Assembly (NCBI RefSeq): GCF_009914755.1
Contig: NC_060934.1
DNA: 64,000 nucleotides
Origin: the human T2T-CHM13v2.0 reference genome, Homo sapiens
Strand: one strand, 5' to 3'
Shown: one piece after another, positions 1 to 19,101 of the stretch
How positions within the stretch are numbered: position 1 is the first letter of the stretch
Layout: the number at the start of each line of letters is the position of its first letter
Notes under the pieces: model-generated
The model's input: only the letters and a program-made list of their open reading frames with translations
The model's database searches: none
Told to the model about the DNA's origin: nothing
Made by a program: the position numbers and the translations under genes

Positions 1-29
1 CTTGCAATGAAGTCTATGACTGTATCTGT

Positions 30-128
30 TTCTTAGCAGTATTGTCAGGATTCAAGGAGATAATCCACGTAAAGTGCCTTAGCACTCTCTCTGGCATATG
101 GTGGTGCTCAGTTAACAAACAATGTTGT
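30..128 (+). mobile_element. MIR SINE fragment (3' part)
   Basis: 'ttgtcaggattcaaggagataatccacgtaaagtgccttagcact...tggcatatggtggtgctcagt' resembles the MIR 3' end; a similar fragment lies at about 760-870. Confidence 0.6.
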
Positions 129-1457
129 TATTTTATCTTACCTTCAAGTAATATAAATAATAACTTTTTATTTTTAATGTCTACTGTAGGGAATAATAAA
201 TCTACAAAAGGAGTATCTGTTCTCTCTCCTTCCAACAATACTCTTGCAATTTTGTTTCATTATTTCATAATTTTCATAAAGCAGGGAAAAAAGAAAAGCA
301 GGTATGAGGAAAGAGACCACTCACTCGAGCCCTGCAGTATTATTCTGCTTCTGCCTATTCCTGTCGGCTGGCTCCAGGCTGGCTTCTACACAAAGAATAT
401 CAAGCTGGTCCCAGGAACTGGCAAGACATAAAAAATTAATTATTTATACAAGTAGAGTCACAACAGCAATAATAGATAACAATAATGTCACAAGTAAATA
501 CGATCAACAAATATTTAAATTTCAATTTTAAATTATTTTCACCTTTATCCTCTTCCGCCATTCTCTGCTGCTAAAATAAAATTGGCTAAGGTTCAGCTTT
601 CTCTTGTTCCTTAGTTTCGAGTTACTGATAAAAGTTAGACAGGAAAAATAGAAGCTATTAGGAGAGTAAATAAATAATTTAGTTTACAAATGTAAGATCA
701 GCTTGGCAACTGGATTTTTTTAAAGAAATAGTATTAAATCTCAGTCACTAGGAGGAAATCATTTATCATCTAATAAAAGTCCTCACATAATAAGGTTGTC
801 ATAAGAATTAAATGAATTGATAAATGGAAAGCTTTAAGAATGATACCTGACATATGATGAATGCCATATAACTATAAAAATATTATTTCTAGTTTCACCA
901 TTATCGTCATCATCTCTTAAAAGTCAGTGGGTTTGGCTTTTGTTTTTGTTTTTTCTGTTGGCAGTTCTTTTATGTTCAAATCCTCTTCTAAACTGTGAGA
1001 TTCTTTCAACGTGGTTTTCTGCATGATTATTTTTTTTCTCCCTAGCATCCTCCAGCACACTGGATCATGTTCAGTACATTAAAAGTTATGATATAAAAAT
1101 AATACCATTTTAAATTATTGATTTAGGATATAGAAATTGATCTTAAATTGAGGGGTTCTCTTGCCATAATGTTCCATATCAGAGGTAATGTTTCTACTAT
1201 TATGTTGTTACTTCACAACTCCATAGAAAATATGTTATATGTTGGTATTTAATTCCCCCAAATTTTAAGGCAATTTCAGGCCTAGTTATTAAACACAAGG
1301 AAAGATAGTTACAAGAAATTTGCTTTATGTTATTAAAAATAATATGGTAGAAGGTAACTAGGGAAAAATCTTGTGACCCAGTAGTCATTCTAAAAAAAAA
1401 CTTCAAAGGAACTCATTCTCTGACCTGGCAGGGGATGAGGAGTGAAGGAGAAAGAAA

Positions 1458-1690
1458 CTTACTACTATCTGAATACCTACTGTGTGCCAGGTATTCTTCA
1501 CATTCTCATATTTAATTTTCACAACCGTCCAGTAAGATAAGTATTTTGTTCTTCGTTTTACACGTAAGTAAGTAGAAGTTTAGAGAGTGTGAGTCATTTG
1601 TACAAGGTCACTAGCCTGGTTGCAGCAAAAATAGAATTCAAACCCAGTTTGCTAGATTCCAAACCTGCTGTCAGTTCTGCTATAACCCAG
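1458..1690 (-). mobile_element. MIR SINE
   Basis: 'gaatacctactgtgtgccaggt...caaggtcactagc...agaattcaaacccag' is the reverse complement of the MIR core. Confidence 0.7.
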
Positions 1691-2136
1691 TGCCCCCTGA
1701 ATAAGGAGAACAATGAGAAGAAGGGCAACACATCCTAGAGAACCATAAGAAAACTTAATATTTTATTTGGTCTTCTTGTAGTCAAAAACTACTGGTACAC
1801 GATAAAGGCAACTAAGCAAAACTGGTTTTGTTAGAACTCCTGGTGTTATGAGGGCAACACTCAAAAGAGATATTTGAATAGAGGAACACTGAGAGGACAA
1901 GAGTGCAAAATCAGCCCAAAAATGTTTGCATGCTGATTTGTCACTATTGTACTCTTCCTCCACATATATTTGCTAGGAAGAACATGGAACTGATGAGTAA
2001 CTTATGATAATTACTGAGTACTTTTTTTTTTCTAATAGTCTAGTACTAGATTTTGTTTATTTTAACAGGGCCATTTACATTATATATTAACTCAGTAATA
2101 TTTTTCTTTATGCCCCATTTTTATCCCTAAATGTAG

Positions 2137-2545
2137 GCTGTGCTAGGTCCTCTGGCTCTAGAAACAGCAAGAGTCTCCGCACCCCACTTGGAACCATATG
2201 CGAAGGATGTGATGACAGTAGCATTTTTAGCCATCTCGATCACAGCTCCAAATGGAGCTCTACTTATGGGCATTCTGGGGCCTAAAATGCTTACACACCA
2301 TTATGATCCAAGCAAAATAAAACTGCAATTGTCAACATTAGAACATCATTAAAAAGTTTACCTGTCATCATCTGCCTGCTTCTTTTAATGAATTATTTCA
2401 CATGACTGAAGAATTTTAAAGTAGAAATATGTAGGAACTGCACAGAAAATCCAGGATTTAGTAAACATGTGATTTCAGTACAGGGCTTTTCTTGGACTTT
2501 TTACTCCAAAGTTAATTTAATAAAAATAATATTAAATGGAATGCT
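2137..2545 (+). pseudogene. SLC9B1P: Terminal exon of a duplicated (unprocessed) SLC9B1/NHEDC1 Na+/H+ antiporter copy; coding part 2137-2352
   Basis: Pyrimidine-rich tract and 'tag' acceptor (2134-2136), then AVLGPLALETARVSAPHLEPYAKDVMTVAFLAISITAPNGALLMGILGPKMLTHHYDPSKIKLQLSTLEHH*, which matches the SLC9B1 C-terminus as I recall it. TAA at 2350-2352, AATAAA at 2519-2524; 3' end approximate. Satellite III nearby indicates a pericentromeric paralog, not the 4q24 gene; which paralog is not determinable here. Confidence 0.88.
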
Positions 2546-3753
2546 CTCTTGGTATTTACATACTGTAAGAACAAATTAAATCTGTAAATACCCTAGGAAA
2601 GTTTAAGTAATCCCTCAGGCTGAATTTGATATCATAATACAAACTGAGCTTAATATAAAATTAAACAAACTTAATGGCAGAAAGAAAAACTTTGAATATT
2701 GAACTTGGTAAGATAGCCTAAGTTTCCAAATAGGAGGAGTAGAACTCCCCATGATATCCAGTAATTCCGTTAAAAAGATCACTACAAAAAAAAAAGGAGT
2801 AAAACACATCAACTTTAAATGGGTTAACTGAATAGATTTTAAATTCTGGTTTTGGTGACTACCTGAATAAATAATATGTTAAGTAATAGAACCAAGTTAG
2901 TCTTTCCTTATTTCTGCCATGCCCTTAAAATGAAAGTCTGGTTTAGCAGTTTTTAGATGAAACACTATCTATATATTTATTTATAGAAATAAAATTAAAT
3001 CACAAATGGAAGTAAACTATATTTTTTTCAATTAGTGTTTTAAAATCTAGGCATAAAAGGCAGCCTCCAAAAATGAAAGATTTGGAGACTACTGTCATGT
3101 GGCAGTTTCTTCTCCTTAGTAATATAGAATTATCTTTTAATTCTGGCTGATTAAATCTGCCATGTTAATGTAGAACCCATCACAAGCAAAGTGAGTTTTA
3201 ATTAACTTCAAGACTCTTTATTTTAAAGTTATAAGAGTTATATAAGCACTTCTAAAATGGCCTTATTGAAAGGCATTTTAGAAATTGTTTAGACTTCTTT
3301 GGCAAAAGCTCAATGCAAGGACTGAATATTACTTTCATTCCTCTTTTTCCTCTTCTCCACAAGCAAGATATTAAAATGCCACAGAATATGAAATTCACAC
3401 ACAAATTTGCCAAGTGAAGCAATTAAAATTTAAGGCAATCAAAACTATGTGTTATTCCTATTAAGACTAAGGGCTTTTATAGAATATATCACCGAAACTG
3501 CCAAAAGTTCTAAAACCATCTGGGAAATAACTCTTAGAAAATACACTCTGGGAGAATAACTCTGGGAAAAGATAAAATAGCTACTGTTTTAGTGATATTT
3601 TCTCTTTATAGTTTTACAACAAAGTACAGACTCCATTTTCAAATATTGTAATTCTAGTACTCAAATTCTAAAAATTTAAACTGTGCCAGTGTTTTGACTA
3701 CTATTTAAATCATGAGGATATCTCATTGTCACTTATAAAAAAATAAAAATATA

Positions 3754-4122
<369 letters not shown>

Positions 4123-4453
4123 TTAGATTTCAAAGTAGAAAGTTTATTTTAATAAAAGAGAGATAAGAAATGATTTTCAAAATGAGGAATTGTGTTTTTG
4201 ATTAGGAGGAAAATTGTTCTACCTATTCTTTTTATTCTTTATTTATAGAACTTTCTCTAAGTGTCTGTGATATATGTTTATTATACTGAAATAGTCGCCG
4301 TTTTAAGGTAGTGTGGCAGATGTTGTTATTTATTTGAAATTTTAAGTTTTTTATTTATAAAATGTTTTTATAAAAATTTATTAATATAATTTAAAAATTA
4401 CAACCAGTTAACCATGTGTATGATATTAGTGTTTATAGTATTTAAACAAATAA

Positions 4454-4843
<390 letters not shown>

Positions 4844-4846
4844 CTA

Positions 4847-7985
<3,139 letters not shown>

Positions 7986-8029
7986 ACCCATTAATGTTTA
8001 ATTGTACCTTCTCTTGTGGCCCCGTTATT

Positions 8030-8325
8030 TCCCTTTTAATTATGAAACATTGGAGCCTACAGAAAGGTAGAAAAAATGGGCACCCACATAACCACCACCT
8101 AAATCCAATTAATTGTTAATATTTTGTCAAGTTTTCTTTATGTAATTTTTCAATTTGAATTAAAAGTAAATTATAGGCATCATGCTAATTTGCCTGTGTA
8201 TACTTGAGCCTGCATATTCAAAAACTAAAGCCATTTTCTTGCATAACCACAATTCCCTTATCCTTTCACACCAAGTTATCAGTAATTCCTTACAATTATT
8301 CAACTCCCAAATATTTTCAAATATA
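8030..8325 (-). mobile_element. Old L1M (L1MD/ME-like) 3' fragment; probably continues at about 8880-9015 and 9315-9700
   Basis: Degenerate L1M 3'UTR-like text ('cctacagaaaggtagaaaaa...cacccacataaccaccacctaaat'). Confidence 0.5.
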
Positions 8326-8327
8326 AA

Positions 8328-8875
<548 letters not shown>

Positions 8876-9019
8876 ACATTTTCTTAATTGTTTTCCAATT
8901 ATAGCAATTTTTAAAAGCCATGATCCAATCGAGAACTGGACACTACATTTTGTTTTTGTCTCTTATTTTGTAATCCAGTACATTTCTCCATACTTAATCC
9001 CTTGCTAAATGGCATAGAC

Positions 9020-9311
9020 TTTTTTTTTTTTGAGACGGAGTCTTGCTTTGTCACCGGGCTGGAGTGCAGTGGAATGATCTTGGCTCACTGCAACCTCTGC
9101 CTCCTGGGTTCAAGAGATACTCTTGCCTCACCCTCCTGAGTAGCTGGGATTACAGGCCCCTGCCACCACGGCCAGATAATTTTTTGTATTTTTACTAGAG
9201 ACAGGGTTTCACCATGTTAGCCAGGATGGTCTTGATCTCCTGACCTCATGATCCACCCTCCTCAGCCTCCCAAAGTGCTGGGATTACAGGTGCGAGCCAC
9301 CGTGCCCAGCC
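9020..9311 (-). mobile_element. AluS (Sc-like)
   Basis: T-run, then reverse Alu; TSD-like ggcatagac / ggtattgac. Confidence 0.95.
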
Positions 9312-9709
9312 GGTATTGACATTTTAAAGGAACCATGCTAGTTGTCACGTAGAATATCTCACATTCTGGAATTGTGGGACTGTTCATGGTTTCATTTAGT
9401 TTGTTTGTCTATCCCCTCAATTTTCTGAAATTTGAAGTTAAATTTAAAGACTTGGTTACATTCAGGTTAAACTTTTTTGGCCAGAATCATTCAAAGGTGA
9501 TGTTGTATACTTCCAATAGTGGCACATTACGAAGTTTATGTCTGGTTGTCCCACTGCCAGTGATGTTAATTTTCATTCCTAAATTAAGGTGGTGATTGCC
9601 AGATGTCTATATCGTTAATGGTATATTTTCCTCTTTAATTAGCCAGTGATGTCTGAGATTATACCTTGGTACTACATGAATATTTATTCTTCATCAAATT
9701 TCTCAAAAT

Positions 9710-10380
9710 TAGTAGACTTTGTTTTTTAGAGCAATTTTAGGTTTACAGAAACCAATGAGCAGAAAGTACACAGAGTTCCCATGTAACACTACCTTCCTAT
9801 CCCACTCTCCACCCAATCCCTACCTCTGTACACAATTTCCCCTATTATTAACACCATGTATTAATGTGGTATATTGGTTACAATTGATACATATTGATAC
9901 ATTACTATAACTGAAGTCCATAGTTTACATTAGCGTTCACTCTTTGTGTTGTAAAGTTCTGTGAATTTTGACAACTGTATAATGACAGATATCCACCAGT
10001 ATCATATAGAATAGTTTCATCACCATAAAAATCCTCTGTGTTCCACCTATGTATCCCTCTCTTACTTTCTGCAAATTGCTGAAAACCACTGATGTTTCTA
10101 CATTATAGTATTGCCTTTTCCAGATTGTCATACACTTAGAACCATACAATATATAGCCTTCTTATGCTGGCTTCTTTTACTTAGCAATATACATTTAAGT
10201 CTTCTCCATGTCTTTTCTTAGCTTAATATCTGATTTCTTTTTAGTGCTGTATAATATTCCCTTGTCTGGATGTACCACAGTTTGCATAGCCATTAACCTA
10301 CTGAAGGATATCTTGGTTGCTTCCAAGTTTTGGCAGTTATGAATACAACTGTTATAAACAGCCGTGCACAGGTTTTTAAG
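9710..10380 (-). mobile_element. L1MC-type LINE 3' end
   Basis: 'agactttgttttttagagcaattttaggtttacagaaa...gtacacagagttccc' and 'ggatgtaccacagttt...ggttgcttccaagttttggc' are typical of the L1MC 3'UTR. Confidence 0.75.
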
Positions 10381-10819
10381 GTTTTAACAAACTCTCCCTG
10401 GCAGTTTCTGTTTTTCCTCACTTTTCAAGCCCATGGACTATCTCCCAGTGCTGTTCATTTTAATATTCTGCAGAGTACTTAAGCATTACAGAATATAGAA
10501 GCTGGAAGATACTTGGCAGTCATTTAGTCCCTCATGTTCTAGATGAGAAAACTGAAGCCCAGATACCTTATTATTTGTGCAGTCCCCTAATCTGAGTGTC
10601 AAATCCACCTCTCCCAGATGTTTTCTGTTCAAATAACCCTGTGAACTTCAGTGACCCTCACTGACCACATCATCATTATTCACCAATAGTTCTCCAACAG
10701 ATCCGCTCTACATTAGCTCATTTCAAATGTTCTTTTCCTTTCACGCACATACCATACAGTACTTAAAATTTTGTTGACAACAATCAATATGAATTCAAAC
10801 TAATTTCTTGCCCCAAGGA

Positions 10820-10977
10820 TGTGACTTCTACTACACAGTTCCTTTTGGCCTGAGGGCAATTCCTAGGGCATGAACTTAGTCATGTGCCCTCAACAGACAG
10901 CACTCTAAGGAAGCTGGGGAATGAGGGTCTCCATTCTGCAGGGAGGCCTGGACTACACACCACAGAAGACACTACTC
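10820..10977 (-). mobile_element. Partial ERVL LTR (LTR33-like), 3' LTR of the adjacent ERVL relic
   Basis: 'gagggcaattcc...gcactctaaggaagctggggaatgag...acaccacag' resembles LTR33; followed by 'gtccatccctc', the complement of a polypurine tract. Confidence 0.55.
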
Positions 10978-12392
10978 TGTCCATCCCTCGTGTCATTTGG
11001 ATCCATGACTTCATATAACTTCTCTCCATCTAGGAATAGCTCCTCCAGGATTTTGGTTGGTTTCTTTTGCTGGGGAAATGTGAAAGTAACATTCATGGAG
11101 GGAACAATAGCTCCTTGGCTCTTCAACTTGTCTTTTATCAGTGATAAAAGTGATCATCTGCCTTTCCTACGATACAGGTACTATCAGGTTTACATTCTTA
11201 CCCTCAGCTAGCACCTCCACTGGTCTAGGTCACTTACCTGGAGATAGGAGAGGAGGGTGTAGTAGCCATGGCTACTAGACTTGTCCTTTTAAATTGAGCA
11301 ATCAAAATTTAGTAAGGGACTACTTAAACATCCCTTGGCTGCCAAACACATTCCTGTCTGCTTCCGTTGTGTAACAGCATTGAATTGCAGAGATAAGAAG
11401 CAGAAATTTCCTAAGTGAATCCCTGGGGGTGACGGTAAATAGTGCTACTCTTTCTTCAATCCATGGTCCTCTTTCTATTAGCGACATGGGACCATATAAT
11501 GGTTACTGATCTAGGATATATGCTTGTATCCCATCCCTGCAGCTTCAAAGGGCTACTGGAGACTGTTCCATCACTCCATCAGTTTGACAGCTTCTAGTTG
11601 TTGTGATTTCGTGATTTGTAATAGGATCACTGAATTGCATTTTCATGTGTCCACCACTGCAACTACAGTGCTACAAAGTGCATTCCCTTTATACAGTGCT
11701 ATAAAGTACAATGCAAGGATGTGTAGGATTCCATACTGGAGGATTAAACATTCTGTCAACCCTTGGATAGTGGTGCTGGTTGAGGCCATGTAAGTAGGAA
11801 AGATAAATCCATACTCAGAATAAGTATCAGTTCCAGCCAAGATGAATCATTACCCTTCCTGTGATGGAAAGAATCCAGTGCATTCAGCTTGCCACCAGGT
11901 GGCAACTTGGTGTCCTTGAGGGATGATGCTATCTTGAGGCCTCAGTGTTGCTCTGTCTTGATGACAACTTTGACATTCAGAAGCAGCAGTAGCTAGATAA
12001 GACTTAGACAGTGGAGACTTCTGCTGTTTGGGCCTCTGCATAGCCTCCATCCTTGTCACTATATTTATTCACCAGTACTGAGCTGGCCAATGGAAGAGGA
12101 TGGCTAACATCATCTGGCTGAGTCGCTTTTCTCCTTGGTTGTTGATAGATACCTCTTGTAGGTGTTAACATGTGAAACAAAGATCTTCATACTTTTTGTA
12201 CATCCCCATAAGTCCACCCATATGCCCTTTTCTCAGATGTCTTTTTCTCCAGTCATCCAAATTTTCTCCTTCCATCCCCCTGACCTGTAGCCAAGCCATT
12301 TGACCATGAGTCAGTACATTCTTACTATGAGTCTCTTCTCTTTCCATGCAAAGTGAATGACAAGGTGCGTAGTGCAAAGTTCTGCCAACTGA
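10978..12392 (-). mobile_element. ERVL internal relic, integrase region
   Basis: Minus-strand LATAASECQSCHQDRATLRPQDSIIPQGHQVATWWQAECTG and GTDTYSEYGFIFPTYMASTSTTIQGLTECLI align by eye to HERV-L integrase (LATATAECPICQQQRPTLSPRYGTIPRGDQPATWWQVDYIG; GIDTYSGYGFAYPA...TTIRGLTECLI). Confidence 0.85.
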
Positions 12393-12699
<307 letters not shown>

Positions 12700-12719
12700 A
12701 AGAATTTATTTTTGAGTTG

Positions 12720-15145
12720 AATTTTTAAATATTAAAACTTTTTAAATATACAAACAAAAATTGTATATATTTGGAGTGTACAACCTGATGTTTTGAAATA
12801 TGGATACAGTGTGAAATGGCTAACTCAAGCTAATTAATACATGTGTTACCTCACATACTTATCATTTCTTTTGTGGTGAGAACACTTAAAATCTACTGTC
12901 CTAGCAATTTTCAAGTATGCAATACATTGTTATTAACTGTAGTCACCATGTTGTACAATAGGTCTCTTGAACTTGTTCTTCCTGCTTAATTTTTGTATCC
13001 TTTGACCAAAATCTCCCCAGTTCTACCCTCCTCCCCCCGCCCCTAATAACCATTATTCTATTTTCTGCTTCTATGTGTTTGACTTTTTTAGATTCCACAT
13101 ATAAGTGAGATTACATGGCATTTATCTCTCTCTGCCTGGCTTATTTCACTTAATATAATGTCCTCCAGTTTCATCCATGTTATTATAAAGGACAGGATTT
13201 CCTTCTTTAAGGCTGAACAATATTTCATTATGTATATATACACCACATTTTCTTTAATCATTCATCTGTTAAAGGATACTTAGGTTGATTTCATATCTTG
13301 TCTATTGTGAATAATGTTGCAATGAACATGAGGTACAGATTTTTCTTTGACATACTGAATCATTTTCTTTGGGTATATAAATAGTACTAGGATTGCTGGA
13401 TCATATGGTAGTTTTATTTTTAACTTTCTGAGAAACCTCTATATTACTTTTCATAATGGCTGTACTAATTTACATTCCCACCAACAGTATACAAAGGCTC
13501 CCTTTTCTCCACATCCTCGCCAACACATGCTATCTTTTGTTTTTTTCATAGTAGCCATTCTAAAAGGGACGTCTCATTGTGGTTTTGATGTGCGTTTCCA
13601 TGATGACTGGTGATGTTGGTTATTTTTTCATATTCCTGTTGGCCATTTGTATGTCTTCTTTGGAAAAATGTTTATTCAGGTACTTTGCCTCCCTTTCATT
13701 AATCAGGTTATATGTTTTCATGCTGTTGAGTTGTATGAATACTTTATATATTCTGGATATTAATCCTTTATCAGATGTATGGTTTGCAAATATTTTCTCC
13801 CTTTTTGTAGGCTATCTCTTTACTCTATTGATTGCTCCCTTTGCTTGCACAGCTTATTAGTTTGATATAATCCCTTTTGTCTATTTTTGCTTTTGTTGCC
13901 TGTGCTTTGGGGGTCATATCCAGAAAATCATTGCCCAGACCAGTCTCATGGAGCTTTTCCTGTATGTTCTCTTCTAGTAGTTTTATGGTTTCAGGTTTTA
14001 TATTTAAGTCTTTAGTCCATTTGTGTTATTTTTTTGTATATGGTGTGAGATAAGGGTCTAATTTCATTTCTCTGCATGTGGAGTTCTCCCAACACCATTT
14101 ATTGAAGATTGTCCTTTCCCCATTGTGTATTCTTGGCATATTTACTGAAAATCAATTGGCCATAAACGTGAATGTATTTTGAGGCTCTCTATTCTATTCC
14201 ATTGGTCTACCAGTCTGTTTGTATGCCAGTATCATGTTATATTTTTGATTACTATATCATCATAGTATATTTTGAAACTGGATAATGTGATGCCTCCTAC
14301 TTTGTTCTTTTGGCTCACAATTTGCTATTTGGGGTTTTTTGTGGTTTCACATGAATTTGGGGATTTTTTTCTGTTTATGTAAAAAATATCATTGGAATTT
14401 TGATAGAGATTACATTGAATCTGTAGATCACTTTTGGTACTAAGAACATTTTAACAGTATGAATTCTTCTAATCCATGAAGATGGGATATGTTTCCATTT
14501 ATTTGTGTCTTCTTCAATTTCTTTCACCAATGTTTTATAGTTTTCAGTGTACAGGTCTTTCACCTCCTTGGTTAAATTAATTCCTAAGTATTTGTGTAGC
14601 CATTATAAATGAAATTGTTTTCTTGATTTCTTTTTCAGATAGTTCATTGTTAGTGTATACAGATGCTAGTTGTTTTTTTATGTTGATTTTGCATCCTGCA
14701 ACTTTACTGAATTAATTTACTAGTTCCAACAGTTTTTTTTTGGTGGACTCTTTAGGGTTTTCTACATTTAAGATCATGGTGTCTGCAGAGACAATTTCAC
14801 TTCTTCCTTTCTGACTTTAATGCCTTTATTTCTTCTTCTTGACTAATTGCTAGAACTTGAATAGAAGTGGTGAAAATGGGCATCCATCTTGTTTCTGATC
14901 TTAGAGAAAAAGCTTTCAACTTTTTACCATTGAGTATGATGTTAGCTGTGGGCCTATCACATATGCCTTTATTGTGTTATGTGGACATTGATACCTAATT
15001 TGTTGAAAGTTTTTATTACAGAAAGATGTTGAATTTTGTCAAATGCTTTCTCTGCATCCATGGAGATATTCATATAGTTGTCGTCCTTCATTCTGTTAAT
15101 GTGTATATCACATTTATTGATTCGTATATGCTGAACCGTCCTTGG
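12720..15145 (-). mobile_element. 5'-truncated L1MA (L1MA8/9-like) LINE
   Basis: L1MA 3'UTR at 12720-13100; ORF2 relic [34 protein letters not shown] at 14375-14563. Confidence 0.9.
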
Positions 15146-16580
15146 GAGGATTTAATCTACTGCTATCTTTCCATAGCTGAAGTAGGCTGCTATCATTTTT
15201 TACTTACATCCGCATGCTGAGTTGATCTTCCAATGAACAAGCTTAGCTTTTTTCCTCCTTTATCAATATTGGAACTCCCACATAGGCAGAGTTGCCAGCT
15301 GAGGGAGAGAATCTAGTGTCACAATTTGGATAATGTGGGGACCTGGATCACCTTATCATACTGCTTACTTGTGTCCTCTAGTCTTTCTCATGCCCAATCC
15401 TTGATGTGATATGGTTTGGCTCTGTGTCCCCACAAAATCTCATCTCAAATTATAATCCCCACATGTAGAGAGAGGGACCTGGTGGGAGGTGACTGGATCA
15501 TGGGGGCAGTTTCCCTCATGCTGTTCTCATGATATTGAGTGAGTTCTCATGAGAGCGGATGGTTTAAAAGTGTTTGGCACATCCCCCCTTGCTCTCTGTC
15601 TCTCCTGCTGCCTTGTGAAGAAGGTGCCTGCTTCACCTTTGCCTTTAGTCATAAGTGTAAGTTTCCTGAGACCTCTCCAGCCATACGGAACTGTGAGTCA
15701 ATAAACCTCTTTTGTTTATTAATTACCCAGTCTTGGGTAGTTCTTTATAGCAATGTGAAAATGGACTAATTCAATGTGCTACTTCTATTTTATTATGATT
15801 TGTTGCTGGGCCAGCCTGTCCTTATGATCTGGTAGATCTAACAAAACCAAACTCACAGTGGGAACTTTTAGCTACATGGTCACTTAATATTTGTTGTCAG
15901 ATAGTCCATCTCTACCTAGGTGCAGTAGCATGCTAGGAGCTATTAAAGTACACAATTATGCTATATATTTATACAATATACAATTATTTGCAGATAGCAT
16001 GACCATGCTAGTGAACCCCACAAGACTATGTGTGAATCATCTATTAGGGTTTGCTATAAACTCTACGTGGTGCTTTTTCCAACTGCATATATTTCTAATA
16101 CCATAGAGCCTACTAGATTGTATGGCTCAAACAGTAGGGCTGCTTGCCCTGGATCCTGGACCTGCTGCAGAGGCCTTTTCTGCCGTAAGCTTTTGTCAAA
16201 AGTGGAAGCCTTCTGTGTCACTCAGCAAATGTGTCAGAACAGTATTCCTTAGTATGGGGGGGGAACAATGGGCCCCCTAAAATCTTCTGTGACTGATGTC
16301 ACAGGTCCTTAAATCTTCAGATGATTTTCTCTCTCAGGGATGCTTGTGTCTCTCTAGGCCATCCAACATGTTATTTCTTACCCAGTCTATTTTAACTGGT
16401 AAATAAAATGGAAAAATGTAACATGCTACAGAATGTCCAGACAGCTCAGGTCTCTGGACTACATTAGGACAGAGAGTCAAAGAACTAATATACATCTTGG
16501 ACAAGTCTCTAAATGCATGCTGTTGTCCTTCCCATGAATGTGAATTGCTTCTGGTAAATTTCACTGTAAGTACTGCTTCA
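15146..16580 (-). mobile_element. ERVL internal relic continued (RT / RNase H side of pol), interrupted by THE1D
   Basis: SWEGQQHAFRDLSKMYISSLTLCPNVVQR (ORF 16334-16564) resembles ERVL [31 protein letters not shown]; same strand and correct domain order relative to the integrase piece. Confidence 0.75.
15407..15773 (+). mobile_element. THE1D-like MaLR solo LTR
   Basis: 'tgatatggtttggctctgtgtcccc' to 'gaaaatggactaattca', about 367 bp, internal 'aataaacctc'. Confidence 0.9.
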
Positions 16581-17082
16581 GTTATTTTACATATATATTG
16601 ATCGGTAATCTTTTCATTTTAATTCAATTTTAAGCATGTTCTAATTTTTATTATAATTTCTTCTTGCTTCCATGAATCATTTGGAAGCTATTTGTAGTTT
16701 CTAAAATTCATGGATTACTTTTGGATAAGTTTTTGTTATTGATTTCTAATAGTGCTATTACACATTTGTTATACCAATGTAAACATTTGATACTATCTTT
16801 AGGCCTAATATCTGGTCAATTTTTGTAAATACTCCAAGTGTGCTTGAAAAGAATCAAAATTCTTTAACTGTTGATTAGCCTTACTAATTTTATGTTTATT
16901 TATTCAATTACTAAAAATGAAATGTTAAAATATCTCACTGTGTAGATTTTTTTATTGCTCTTTCCAATTCTAATTTTGGCTTTATTTATTTTGAGACTAC
17001 ATTATTAGGTATCCACAATTTTATAAAAATTAAGAAAAAATTAGAAAAGTTTAGAAAAAAAATAGAAAAATATAGAAAAAGA

Positions 17083-17574
17083 TGTGAAAGAAGCACACAT
17101 GGGCTTTATCTGGATGATCTCTTGTCAGGTTTGTATCCTGGGGAAGGCCTTCACAGCAAGAGATGGACCAGAGGATTGAGACAAGGGGGCCACCACTCAG
17201 AAAGGGAGGAGGGCAAAGGAACTCCTGAGGGAGGAAAGGATCAGAGAGGAGGCTTTCATGTCTCAGTGATATCACTCAGCAGCATGGCATGGAGTCTGTA
17301 GTTCACAGAGTTCCAAAGAGCAGAAGCAGTTTGGGGTCTTTACAGCCTAGAGTTTATCTGTGGCAAGCAGATTTTGGATGTAGTTTCCCAGGGCATGTAA
17401 ATCAGGCAGGCTCTAAATGCCTACAAATATGCATGTCTGGGCTATGTTTAACACAATTGGATGTTTAAAAATTTGAGTTTGGTGCCAGTTGGTTTTTGAG
17501 CTAATGGGTTTCAGCTTGCTGTGAAGAAATAACCTAGGCGCCAATACACAGAGGCCATCCTTGTCTCATTTACA
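17083..17574. mobile_element. Probable old solo LTR (ERVL class, family uncertain)
   Basis: About 490-bp GC-richer island with TG...CA ends within AT-rich L1M-like sequence; no clear TSD. Confidence 0.4.
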
Positions 17575-18500
17575 TTATATGCAGTGACTCTATCCTTTTT
17601 TGCTCATAATTGTTTTATTCATTTCTTTTAGATTTGTTTACTTTACTGAGATTATTTGGTAGGTAAGATTTCAGTTTATTGTAGTTTGCTAATTCATTAT
17701 TCAAAGTGTTCTAATAAAAATTTTGCTCCATCCTTAATCCCCATTTAAACAAAGCTGCTGTGGGTAAGGTCATCAATGGCCTTCGTGTCATCAAATCCAT
17801 TTTGTTAACAAAATTTTAATGTTTAAAATTTTCTTATGTGTACACGTTTAATTTATGTAATTTCAAAACGGGGTATCACACATGGAATTTGGTAGTTTTC
17901 TTTCCTTTTTTTATTCACTTACTCTGTTTCTTAATGCTTTACTGTAACCCACAGCGCAATGTCCCCAATATTTATTATGTATAACTGATATTCACATACA
18001 ACATATTTCGTCATTAAGTGTTATCTTTTTCCACATAGGTGTTCCTGTCTTTAGTCTTCTATTTTCTCTCTCTCCCGCTTCTCTCCCACCCTTCCTCTCT
18101 CCATTTACGTACGTATTTAAATCATTTTAAAAATCATTTTATGTATCACTTCAAAGCCTTCAGTGTAAATTGAGGGTCCAATTTTGTTTTCTTTGAATTG
18201 TTTATTTTCATATATTAATTTTTCATCTACATGTAGATTCTCAATTTTTTACCACTCTTGCTTATTCTTAATTAATACAATTGTTTTTCTTAATTGATCA
18301 ATTCCAATAGTTCTATAGTAGGTGCTGATATCTGGTGAGAAAAGTTCCTCTCAATAGTCTTTTTTTTGGTACAATTTTCTGACTATTCTTCTACATGAAC
18401 TTTAAGATAATTTAATCCAATTTTAAAATGCTTTTGTGATTCTAATGTTAATTTAATTGAATTTATATATAATTTTAGGAGATTTATGCTTTTACAAGAG

Positions 18501-19101
<601 letters not shown>

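Noticed and set aside
42-531. 129-aa and 75-aa ORFs at the window start
   Set aside because: AT-rich intronic and MIR sequence with non-ATG starts; no SLC9B1-like or other recognisable peptide.
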